A DNA stretch of 64,000 bases from Acidobacteriota bacterium (lineage in GTDB: Bacteria > Acidobacteriota > Thermoanaerobaculia > UBA5066), in assembly GCA_008363385.1 (NCBI GenBank), contig RHKY01000005.1:18254-82253 (forward strand), written 5' to 3'. Shown here one piece after another: positions 17,275 through 25,092 of this stretch. Under the pieces are notes generated by a model, which was given only the letters and a program-made list of their open reading frames with translations, had not been told where the DNA came from and did no database searches. Numbering within the stretch: the first letter of the stretch is position 1; every line of letters starts with the position of its first letter. The translations under genes and the position numbers were made by a program.

Positions 17275-19641
17275 GTGACGGGAGACGACGAAGGGAAGGC
17301 GGGAGGGAGGCCGGAGCGGGCGGTCGTCTCCGAGGCCGCGGCCCGCCTCGACCCGCAGGCGATCCTGGAGTCGGTCCCCGAGCCCTTCGGCCTCGTCGAC
17401 CGGGACGGGCGCGTGATCGCGTGCAATGTCGCGGCCCGGAACGTCGTCCTGGTGGCGACGGATCGGAAGGTCCGGATCGGCGACGACGTCACCTGGTTCG
17501 TCTCGCCGCACAACCTCGAGGGGGTGCGCGAGAGCCTCCGGCGAGCCTGGGAGGGCGAGGCGCACACGCACCACACGGAGGCGAAGGGCGTCCACCTGGA
17601 GACGGTCTACTCCCCGGTCCGCGGCCCGGACGGGGGGGTCGTCGCCGTCTCGCTCCGGATCGCCGACGTCACGGCGCGGGAGCGGGCCCGCGCCGAGCTC
17701 GCCGCGCTGAACGCCACCCTCGAGCGCTGCGTCGAGGAGAGGACGCGGGAGATCCGGCAGATCCTCGCAGCGACCCACGACGGCTTCGCGGCCTTCCGCG
17801 ACGGGGAGCGGTACGTCGACGTCAACGACGCCTACTGCCGGATGGTCGGCTACACGCGCGAGGAGCTCCTCGGGATGAAGATCCAGGAGGTCGAGGTCGG
17901 CCTGACGGCGGACGAGCTCCGGGCGTTCGCGGACCTCCTCGCCCGCACCGGCTCCGTCGCGTTCGACGCCCGGCACCGGCGGAAGGACGGGCGCGTCGTC
18001 GACCTCGAGGCGAGCGTGACCTGGCCGGACCCCGCGGAGAGGTACTCGTTCGCCTTCCTCCGCGACGTCACGGCGCGCAAGGAGGCCGAGACGGCCCGCG
18101 ACCGGCAGCTCGCGATCCTCGAGGCGATCCCCGAGCTCGTCGGGATGTCGGACGACCGCCGGAACGTCGTCTACCTCAACGCCGCGGGCCGGAGGCTCCT
18201 CGGCCTCGGGACGATCGAGGGCCTGAGGATGCCCGACCTCCACCCGCCGCGCTTCCGGGAGCGGCTCGAGGGGGAGATCGCCGTCGCCGTCCGCCGGGGG
18301 GAGGTCTGGAGCGGCGACGCGCTCCTCCAGGCGGCCGACGGCCGGGAGATCCCGGTGCGGCAGGTCGTCGTGCCCCACGTGCAGCCCGACGGCAGCATCC
18401 CGTACTTCTCGACGGTGGCCCGAGACGTGACCGAGGAGAAGGGGGCCCAGGCGGAGCTCGAGGCGCGTGCTTCCGAGCTCGCGTCCCTGAACGCCGAGCT
18501 CGCGCAGGCCTCGCGGGCCAAGGACGAGTTCCTCGCGAGCATGAGCCACGAGCTCCGGACGCCGCTGACGGGGGTCCTCGGCTCGGCCGAGCTCCTCCGG
18601 GCCGGCGTCCACGGGGAGCTCAACGAGAAGCAGCTCCGGACGCTCGGCGTCCTCGAGAGCGCGGGACGCCACCTCCTGGCGCTCCTCTCCGACCTCCTCG
18701 ACCTGGCCAAGATCGGCGCCGGGCGCCTGGCGATCGAGCCCGACGGCTGCACGCTCGAGGAGGTCTGCGAGCTCGCCCTCGCTCTCGTCCGGACGGAGGC
18801 GCGGCGGAAGGGGATCGAGCTGGCGTTCCACGCTCCGCCCGCCCCGGTCCGCTTCGTCGCCGACCCGAGGCGCCTCCGGCAGGTCCTCGCGAACCTCCTC
18901 TCGAACGCGGTGAAGTTCACGCCGCCGTCTGGGAAGGTCGACCTCGTCGCCTCGGCCGACCCGGAAGCCGCCCTCGTCCGGTTCGAGGTCCGCGACACGG
19001 GGCCCGGCATCGCCCCCGGCGACCTCCCGAACCTCTTCCGCCCCTTCACGCAGCTCGACGCCCGCCTCGCCCGAGAGCACGGCGGGAGCGGACTCGGCCT
19101 CTCCCTCGCCCAGGGCATGGTCGAGCTCCACGGGGGGCGGATCGAGGTGGACAGCGCGCCCGGGAAGGGGAGCTGCTTCTCGGTCGTCCTTCCGTGGCGG
19201 ACGCCGGAGCAACGGCCCGGCCGCGTCCGCGAGGACCCGTCCGGGTCGTCCCGCGCGCTTGCCGCGGGCTCCGGCCGGGTCCTCCTCGTGGAGGACGACG
19301 CGGACATCCGGACGATCCTCGCGGAGTTCCTCGAGGCCCAGGGCCTCGCCGTCGACGCCGTCTCGAACGGCCCGGAGGCGCTCGTCCGGGCGGTCACCCA
19401 CGCCCACGACCTCGTGATCCTGGACATCCAGCTCCCGGGGATGGACGGGCTCGAGGTCCTCCGCGAGCTCCGCTCGGGTCCCGCGTCGGGCCTCCCGGTC
19501 CTCGCCCTGACGGCTCTCGCGATGGTCGGGGACCGGGACCGGATCCTCGCGGCCGGCGCCGACGCCTACCTCGCGAAGCCGGTCGGCCTCGACGCGCTCC
19601 GCGCGGAGGTCGGCCGGCTGATCGAAGGACGGAGGGCCTGA
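17275..19641 (+). CDS. Hybrid sensor histidine kinase (multiple PAS, HisKA, HATPase_c, C-terminal receiver)
   Basis: Several PAS-like segments, then the H-box FLASMSHELRTPLTGV, an ATPase G-box GSGLGLSLAQGMVELHGG, and a receiver RVLLVEDDADIR...DLVILDIQLPGMDG...KP. Confidence 0.85.
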   Translation: MTGDDEGKAGGRPERAVVSEAAARLDPQAILESVPEPFGLVDRDGRVIACNVAARNVVLVATDRKVRIGDDVTWFVSPHNLEGVRESLRRAWEGEAHTHHTEAKGVHLETVYSPVRGPDGGVVAVSLRIADVTARERARAELAALNATLERCVEERTREIRQILAATHDGFAAFRDGERYVDVNDAYCRMVGYTREELLGMKIQEVEVGLTADELRAFADLLARTGSVAFDARHRRKDGRVVDLEASVTWPDPAERYSFAFLRDVTARKEAETARDRQLAILEAIPELVGMSDDRRNVVYLNAAGRRLLGLGTIEGLRMPDLHPPRFRERLEGEIAVAVRRGEVWSGDALLQAADGREIPVRQVVVPHVQPDGSIPYFSTVARDVTEEKGAQAELEARASELASLNAELAQASRAKDEFLASMSHELRTPLTGVLGSAELLRAGVHGELNEKQLRTLGVLESAGRHLLALLSDLLDLAKIGAGRLAIEPDGCTLEEVCELALALVRTEARRKGIELAFHAPPAPVRFVADPRRLRQVLANLLSNAVKFTPPSGKVDLVASADPEAALVRFEVRDTGPGIAPGDLPNLFRPFTQLDARLAREHGGSGLGLSLAQGMVELHGGRIEVDSAPGKGSCFSVVLPWRTPEQRPGRVREDPSGSSRALAAGSGRVLLVEDDADIRTILAEFLEAQGLAVDAVSNGPEALVRAVTHAHDLVILDIQLPGMDGLEVLRELRSGPASGLPVLALTALAMVGDRDRILAAGADAYLAKPVGLDALRAEVGRLIEGRRA

Positions 19642-19656
19642 GGCGCCCTCCCCCTC

Positions 19657-19890
19657 TCAGAGCTCTTCGGGGACCGGGAAGCGGCCCGTGCCGCGGCAGC
19701 GGAGGCACCTCTGCTGCTCGACGGTCCGGACCTCGATCAGCCCCGTCCCGTGGCAGCCGGGGCAGTCGGTCCCGCCGTGCGTGGCGCCGCTGCCGCGGCA
19801 GAGGCCGCAGGCCGTCTCCTCGCCCTCCCTCGTGCAGCGCAGCTCGATCCACCCCTTGCCGCCACAGTCGGGGCACGCGTCCTTCGTCAC
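19657..19890 (-). CDS. Small stand-alone DnaJ-type zinc-finger protein (4 x CxxCxGxG)
   Basis: 77-aa product MTKDACPDCGGKGWIELRCTREGEETACGLCRGSGATHGGTDCPGCHGTGLIEVRTVEQQRCLRCRGTGRFPVPEEL. Its GTG start overlaps the protease TGA stop (GTGA). The longer upstream part of ORF 19657-20286 is Arg/Gly-rich junk. Confidence 0.65.
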   Translation of the reverse strand: MTKDACPDCGGKGWIELRCTREGEETACGLCRGSGATHGGTDCPGCHGTGLIEVRTVEQQRCLRCRGTGRFPVPEEL

Positions 19891-20366
19891 GGCGGCACCT
19901 CCTCTCCCTCCACCCATCCGAGGACCTCTTCGACCGCGCGGGGGACCGCGGCCTCGAGCTCGGGGCTGAGCCCCTCGCGGATCGTCGAGAGGTCGCGCGC
20001 CTCGGCGGCGAGGACGCGGACCGACGCCGGGAGGTCGTAGCCGAGCCGGTGTCCCAGCGCGAGCGCCGTCGCGAGGTCGAGCTGGTGCGACCCGCCGAGC
20101 GTCCGGCCGAGCGACGCCTCCTCGACCGGGACCTCCGAGAGCGACCCGGGCGGCCGCGCGCCGGTCGACACGACGTCGACGATCAGGGCGCGCTCGAACC
20201 CCGTCAGGAGGTCGAGCAGCCGGAAGCCGGCCACGGCCGCCGACTCCACCGCGACGTCGGGCCGGTCGCCGAGCCGCCCGGCGCACTCGGCGGCCACGCG
20301 CGGCCCGAACCCGTCGTCCGAGACGAGGTCGTTGCCGAGCCCGAGGACGAGCGCCCGTCCCGCCAC
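19887..20366 (-). CDS. [NiFe] hydrogenase maturation endopeptidase (HycI/HoxW/FrhD family)
   Basis: LVLGLGNDLVSDDGFGPRV N-terminal motif and GGSHQLDL. It lies immediately downstream of a large subunit that carries a C-terminal extension. Confidence 0.85.
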   Translation of the reverse strand: MAGRALVLGLGNDLVSDDGFGPRVAAECAGRLGDRPDVAVESAAVAGFRLLDLLTGFERALIVDVVSTGARPPGSLSEVPVEEASLGRTLGGSHQLDLATALALGHRLGYDLPASVRVLAAEARDLSTIREGLSPELEAAVPRAVEEVLGWVEGEEVPP

Positions 20367-20380
20367 CTCGGTCCTCCCCC

Positions 20381-21862
20381 TCAGCAGAACCGGCGGACGG
20401 TCTCCCGGAGGGTCCCGTCCGCCTCGTGGATCGAGATCTCCATCGGCATCTCGCCGTACGCCGCGTGCGTGGCGCAGCCGAAGCAGGGGTCGTAGGCGCG
20501 GAAGGCCATCTCGATCCGGTTCAGCGTGGCGTCGCGGACCTCGGTCCCCTTCCGGATCAGCGCCTCGGCGACCTTCTTGATCGACATGGAGATCGCGGCG
20601 TTGTTGTTCGTCGTCCCGACGATCAGGTTCGCCTCGGTGACGAACCCCTTCTCGTCCGTCCTGTAGTGGTGGGTCAGGATCCCCCGCGGGGCCTCGACGA
20701 TCCCGACCCCCTCGCCGACGATCCCCGTCGGCGGGACGTGGATCCGGTCGGAGGTGATCTCGTCGTCCTGGGCCTGCCGGAGGACCGCCTCGCAGGCGAA
20801 GACCATCTCGACGACGCGGGCCCAGTGGATCGCGAGCGTCGCGTGGACCGGGGCCTTCCCGCTCGCGTCCCCCGTCAGCGTCGAGTAGAGCCTCTCGTAC
20901 TCCTCCTGCGCGAGCGGCGTCGCCATGCCGGAGCTGACGTTCAGCCGGCTCATCGGCGTGGCGCGGTAGACCCCCGAGTCGGCCCCTTCCACGAGCCCCT
21001 TCCAGCCGACGGCCTTCAGGTACGGGACCTTCAGGTAGCTGTACGGCAGGACCGCCTCGGCGACGTGGGAGAGGTAGTCCTTCGGCTCGTACCGGCAGAG
21101 CTCGGCCCCCTCCGGGTCGACGACCCGGACGGTCCCGTCGTAGAAGGTCACCTTCCCGTCCGGGTCGGTCAGGCCGATGGAGTGCGTCCGGAGCGAGTAG
21201 GCCTCCGAGAGGACCATGTCGACGTAGGCGGGGTTCGAGAGGACGACGTCCTGGAAGACCTGGATCGTCGTCTTCCCGAACTCGACCATCTCCCGGCCGA
21301 TCTTGACCAGCTCCTGCTGCTCCTCCTTCGTCACCCGCTTGGACATCCCGCCCGGGAGGGCGGTCACCGGGTGGAGCGCCTTGCCGCCGATGATCTGGAC
21401 GACGCGCTGGCCGCGCGAGCGCTGCCTGACGACCTCGGCCCCCAGCTCGAGCCCCACCTTGGCGACGACGCCGAGGATGTTCCGCATCCCCTTCGGCGCG
21501 TCGGGGCCGACGACGAAGTCGGGCCCGCCGAGGGCGTAGAAGTGCGTCGTGTGGTCGCCGGCGTAGAAGCCGTTGTAGAGGAGCTCGCGGAGCTTCCGCG
21601 CGGCGGGCGGCGGGGTGACGCCGTAGACGGCGTCGGCCGCCTTCACCGAGGCCATGTGGTGCGCCTCGGGGCAGACGCCGCAGATCCGGGTCGTGATCCG
21701 GGGCATCTCCTCGACGGGCCGACCCTTGCAGAAGACCTCGAAGCCGCGCAGCTCGGGGACCTGGAAGTAGGCGTTCGCCAGGTTCCCCTCGTCGTCGAGG
21801 AAGAGGTGGATCTTCCCGTGCCCCTCCAGGCGCGTGACCGGGTCGATCGTGATCGATCTCAT
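20381..21862 (-). CDS. mvhA: [NiFe] hydrogenase large subunit, group 3 (MvhA-like)
   Basis: N-terminal RICGVCPEAH and C-terminal DPCFGCATH nickel-binding motifs, followed by a cleavable extension. The ATG overlaps the small-subunit stop (ATGA). Sequence upstream of MRSITIDPVTRLEGHG in ORF 20381-22561 is junk. Confidence 0.9.
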   Translation of the reverse strand: MRSITIDPVTRLEGHGKIHLFLDDEGNLANAYFQVPELRGFEVFCKGRPVEEMPRITTRICGVCPEAHHMASVKAADAVYGVTPPPAARKLRELLYNGFYAGDHTTHFYALGGPDFVVGPDAPKGMRNILGVVAKVGLELGAEVVRQRSRGQRVVQIIGGKALHPVTALPGGMSKRVTKEEQQELVKIGREMVEFGKTTIQVFQDVVLSNPAYVDMVLSEAYSLRTHSIGLTDPDGKVTFYDGTVRVVDPEGAELCRYEPKDYLSHVAEAVLPYSYLKVPYLKAVGWKGLVEGADSGVYRATPMSRLNVSSGMATPLAQEEYERLYSTLTGDASGKAPVHATLAIHWARVVEMVFACEAVLRQAQDDEITSDRIHVPPTGIVGEGVGIVEAPRGILTHHYRTDEKGFVTEANLIVGTTNNNAAISMSIKKVAEALIRKGTEVRDATLNRIEMAFRAYDPCFGCATHAAYGEMPMEISIHEADGTLRETVRRFC

Positions 21863-22848
21863 GCTCCGACCTGCTTTCGTCTCAGGAGCGAGCCCGGGAG
21901 GCTGAACCGGTAGAAGGTGCCGGCCAGGTCGGGGATCCCGGCGACGATCCGGTCGACCTCCTCGGGGTCGGTCGAGTCGATGACGCCCGCGATGGCCGAG
22001 GCCATCTTGGCCCCCTGGTCGGGGACGCCGAGCGGGGGGCCGTAGCAGCCGCGGCACGGGACGCCGGCCTTCACGCACTGGGCGCCGCAGCCGCCGCGCG
22101 TGGCCGGGCCCATGCAGAGCAGCCCCTGCTCCATCAGGCAGACCTCCGGGTCGGGGACGACCTCGTGCGGCCGGACGAAGCCGCGGATCTTCTTGACGTC
22201 CCGCTTCCGCGGGCACTCCTCGCAGCAGGCGCGCTCGCTCGCGCCGAGGACCGTCCCCTTCGGCGGCAGGGGCTTCCCGTGGGCGAGGACGTCCATGACG
22301 GCGTCCACCACCGCCACGATCTGCGACGGCTGCGGCGGGCAGCCCGGGACGAGGTAGTCGACGTCGACGACCTGCGGGAGCGTCCGGACCGTGTTCCACA
22401 GGCGCGGCAGCTCGAGCGTCCCCTCGGGGACCTCGTGCCGGGTCGCGGGCCGGACCTTCTCCGCGTTCGACGTGGAGGGCGAGTCCTCGTAGACGTACCG
22501 GAGGATCTCGTCGAGGGAGGTGAGGTTGGCCAGGCCCGGGATGCACCCGTCCGAGGCGCACGACCCGAAGGCGCAGAGGAGCTTCGACTTCCGCCGGAGG
22601 AGGAGCGCCAGCTCGTGGTTCTCCGAGCTCCGGATCGCGCCGTTGAACAGGGTCAGCGTGATCGCCCCGTCCGGCAGCGCCTCGACGTCCTCGTACTTGA
22701 AGTCGAGGACGCAGGGCCAGAAGACGACGTCGAAGAAGTCGGCGATCTCGAGGACCTTCAGCTCCGTGTCGAGGACCGCGATCTCGCAGCCCCCGCAGGA
22801 GGCCGCCCAGTAGAGCGCGAGCTTGGGCTTGGGCGTGAGCTTCTCCAT
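21859..22848 (-). CDS. mvhG: [NiFe] hydrogenase small subunit, group 3 (MvhG-like)
   Basis: ALYWAASCGGCEIAVLD...FGSCASDGCIPG and further Cys clusters, typical of cytoplasmic group 3 small subunits. No Tat signal. Confidence 0.85.
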   Translation of the reverse strand: MEKLTPKPKLALYWAASCGGCEIAVLDTELKVLEIADFFDVVFWPCVLDFKYEDVEALPDGAITLTLFNGAIRSSENHELALLLRRKSKLLCAFGSCASDGCIPGLANLTSLDEILRYVYEDSPSTSNAEKVRPATRHEVPEGTLELPRLWNTVRTLPQVVDVDYLVPGCPPQPSQIVAVVDAVMDVLAHGKPLPPKGTVLGASERACCEECPRKRDVKKIRGFVRPHEVVPDPEVCLMEQGLLCMGPATRGGCGAQCVKAGVPCRGCYGPPLGVPDQGAKMASAIAGVIDSTDPEEVDRIVAGIPDLAGTFYRFSLPGSLLRRKQVGA

Positions 22849-22855
22849 CGTCCCC

Positions 22856-23329
22856 TCACACGAGAGCGGGCGCCCCGGCGGCCGGCGCGAGCTCGGCCTC
22901 GGCCGCCTCGCGGTCGAAGGCGTGCTCGCCCAGGACGAGGGGGCCGAGCCTCCGGACCTCGTCCGTGAACTCGGCGACCAGCTCGCCGAACCGCTTCCCC
23001 TCCGAGGCCGAGACCCACTCGAGGCGGACCCGCCGCGGGTCGACCCCCAGGGCCTCCACGAGCCGCCGGGTGAGCGCCATCCGGCGGAGGCACTTGCTGT
23101 TGCCGTCAGCGTAGTGGCAGTCCCCCGGGTGGCAGCCGCAGACGAGGACGCCGTCCGCGCCCCGCGCGAGCGCCTCGAGGACGAAGCCCGGGTCGACGCG
23201 GCCGGAGCACATCACGCGGATCGGGCGGAGGTTCGGCGGGTACTTGATCCGCGCCGTCCCCGCCAGGTCGGCGCCCGTGTAGCTGCACCAGTTGCAGAGG
23301 AACCCGACGAGCTTCGGCTCGAAGGTCAT
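22856..23329 (-). CDS. mvhD: MvhD/FlpD-type [2Fe-2S] hydrogenase delta subunit
   Basis: MTFEPKLVGFLCNWCSYTGADLAG...IRVMCSGRVDP...VLVCGCHPGDCHY. The ATG overlaps the upstream stop (ATGA). Only the last 157 codons of ORF 22856-26998 look like protein. Confidence 0.85.
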   Translation of the reverse strand: MTFEPKLVGFLCNWCSYTGADLAGTARIKYPPNLRPIRVMCSGRVDPGFVLEALARGADGVLVCGCHPGDCHYADGNSKCLRRMALTRRLVEALGVDPRRVRLEWVSASEGKRFGELVAEFTDEVRRLGPLVLGEHAFDREAAEAELAPAAGAPALV

Positions 23330-25080
23330 GCCAGCACCCCCGCGATCTCGGCGCGGACCTGCTCGTCGGAGAAGTGGAGGGCCTTCACGGCCCCGCCCGG
23401 GCAGCCGGCCGCGCAGGTGCCGCACGCCTTGCAGAGGGCCGGGTTGACCCGCGACACCTTCTTCTCGCCGTCGTAGGAGATCGCCCCGTACGGGCAGAGG
23501 TCGTTGCAGAGGCGGCAGCCGCTGCAGACGGCCTCGTCCACCACCGCGAACGGGGCGTCCATCTCGACCTCGCCGCGGATCATGAGCGAGAGGGCCTGCG
23601 CGGCCGCGGCGCCCGCCTGGGCCACGGTGTCCGGGATGTCCTTCGGCCCCTGGCAGGCCCCGGCGATGAAGACGCCGTCCGTCGTCGTGGAGACCGGGCC
23701 GAGCTTGGGGTGCCGCTCGATGAACCACCCGTCCGCGCCCGTGGAGATCCCGAAGCGGCGCCCCGTCTCCTTGGCGTCCCCCTGCGCCTCCAGCGCGGTG
23801 CAGAGGATCACCATGTCGACGGGGACCTCCCGGAAGCGGCCCGCGAGCGTGTCCTCGCACCGGACGACGAGCGTCCCCTCCTGGTCCCCCCGCTCGGCGG
23901 CGACGACCTCGGCTCCCTTGCCCCGGATGACGTTGACCCCCTCGGTCAGGATCCGCTGGAAGAACTCCTCGTACCCCTTCCCGAAGGCGCGCAGGTCGAT
24001 GTAGAGCTGGTAGACCTGCGCCGCGGTCTTCTCCCTCACGAGGTGGGCGAACTTCAGCGCGTACATGCAGCAGACGCGGCTGCAGTACGGGTGGTGGTTC
24101 TCGTCGCGGCTCCCGATGCAGTGGAGGATCGCGATCGAGCGGGGCTCCTTCCCGTCCGACCGGAGGATCCGGCCGTTCGTGGAGCCGGCGGCATTGTTCA
24201 TCCGCTCGAACTCCATCGACGTGATGACGTCCGGGAGGCGGCCGTAGCCGTACGGCTTCAGCGGCGCGGGGTCGAGGTCCCTGAAGCCCGTCGCCAGGAC
24301 GACGGTCCCGGCGTCGACGACCTCGACCCGGCCCGCGTCCTCGTGGTCGATGCACTCCTTCGGGCAGACCTTCGCGCAGAGCTTGCAGCCGCCGGTCCGG
24401 AAGTGGACGCAGAGCTCGGGGTCGATCCGCGGCACGTTGGGGACCGCCTGGCGGAACGGGACGGAGATCGCGGCGTTCGGCCCGAGGGCGATCTCGGCGT
24501 GGACCACGTCGCGCCCGCCCATCTCCTCCATCCGGATGTGCCCCGTGGGGCAGAGGGCCGCGCAGGCCCCGCAGAGGATGCAGGCGTCGGCCTCCTCGTC
24601 GAACGGGGTCGTGACGACGCGGGAGGGGCCGCGCGACGTGAAGCCGAGGGCCTGCGCGCCGACGATCTCGTCGCAGACGCGGACGCAGAGGCCGCAGAGG
24701 ATGCAGGTGTCGGTCCCGGTCCCCCAGCGCGGCGTCTCGACGCCGAGCTTCCTCGCCAGCTCCGTGAGGACCGGCATCGGCGCGCAGCGGCTCATCAGCA
24801 TCTCGAGGTTCAGCCGCCGGGCGGCGAGGACGCGCGGCGTGCGCGTCCTGACCTCGAGACCGTCCTCGGCCGGGTAGTTGCACGACGTGACGATCCGCGT
24901 CCGCTTCCTCCGGTCCCTCACCTCGACGCAGCAGAGGCGGCAGGCGGCGTAGGGCGTGACGTACCGGTAGTAGCAGAGGGTCGGGATCTCGATCCCGAGC
25001 GCGGAGGCCGCCTCGAGCAGGTAGCTCCCCTCCTCCACCCGGGTCTCGATCCCGTCGATCGTGATGCGGACTTCTGCCAT
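23326..25080 (-). CDS. Fusion protein: HoxU/NuoG-N-terminal-like [2Fe-2S]+2x[4Fe-4S] domain :: C-terminal half of HdrA
   Basis: The N-terminus RITIDG...LCYY...ACRLCCVEV...SC, plus CILCGLCVRVC and CILCGACAALCP, resembles HoxU/NuoG/HydA N-termini. From AISVPFRQAVP onward it is colinear with the second half of HdrA: ILHCIGSRD...YCSRVCCMY, DLRAFGKGYEEF, DGVFIAGACQGPKDIPD, and a C-terminal CSGCRLCNDLCP...CKACGTCAAGCP. Confidence 0.85.
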   Translation of the reverse strand: MAEVRITIDGIETRVEEGSYLLEAASALGIEIPTLCYYRYVTPYAACRLCCVEVRDRRKRTRIVTSCNYPAEDGLEVRTRTPRVLAARRLNLEMLMSRCAPMPVLTELARKLGVETPRWGTGTDTCILCGLCVRVCDEIVGAQALGFTSRGPSRVVTTPFDEEADACILCGACAALCPTGHIRMEEMGGRDVVHAEIALGPNAAISVPFRQAVPNVPRIDPELCVHFRTGGCKLCAKVCPKECIDHEDAGRVEVVDAGTVVLATGFRDLDPAPLKPYGYGRLPDVITSMEFERMNNAAGSTNGRILRSDGKEPRSIAILHCIGSRDENHHPYCSRVCCMYALKFAHLVREKTAAQVYQLYIDLRAFGKGYEEFFQRILTEGVNVIRGKGAEVVAAERGDQEGTLVVRCEDTLAGRFREVPVDMVILCTALEAQGDAKETGRRFGISTGADGWFIERHPKLGPVSTTTDGVFIAGACQGPKDIPDTVAQAGAAAAQALSLMIRGEVEMDAPFAVVDEAVCSGCRLCNDLCPYGAISYDGEKKVSRVNPALCKACGTCAAGCPGGAVKALHFSDEQVRAEIAGVLA

Positions 25081-25092
25081 CTCCTCCGCTCC

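Noticed and set aside
19631-19651. Hairpin GGAGGGC-N7-GCCCTCC between the convergent hybrid HK and zinc-finger genes, as a bidirectional terminator
   Set aside because: The 7-bp stem overlaps the HK stop codon and has no U-tract on either strand. In this GC content such stems arise easily, so I did not call it.
14490-20495. Long ORFs 14490-17576 (minus), 16840-19407 (minus) and 17421-20495 (plus)
   Set aside because: Low-complexity Arg/Gly/Pro translations that overlap well-supported kinase, TPR-like, hybrid HK and protease genes.
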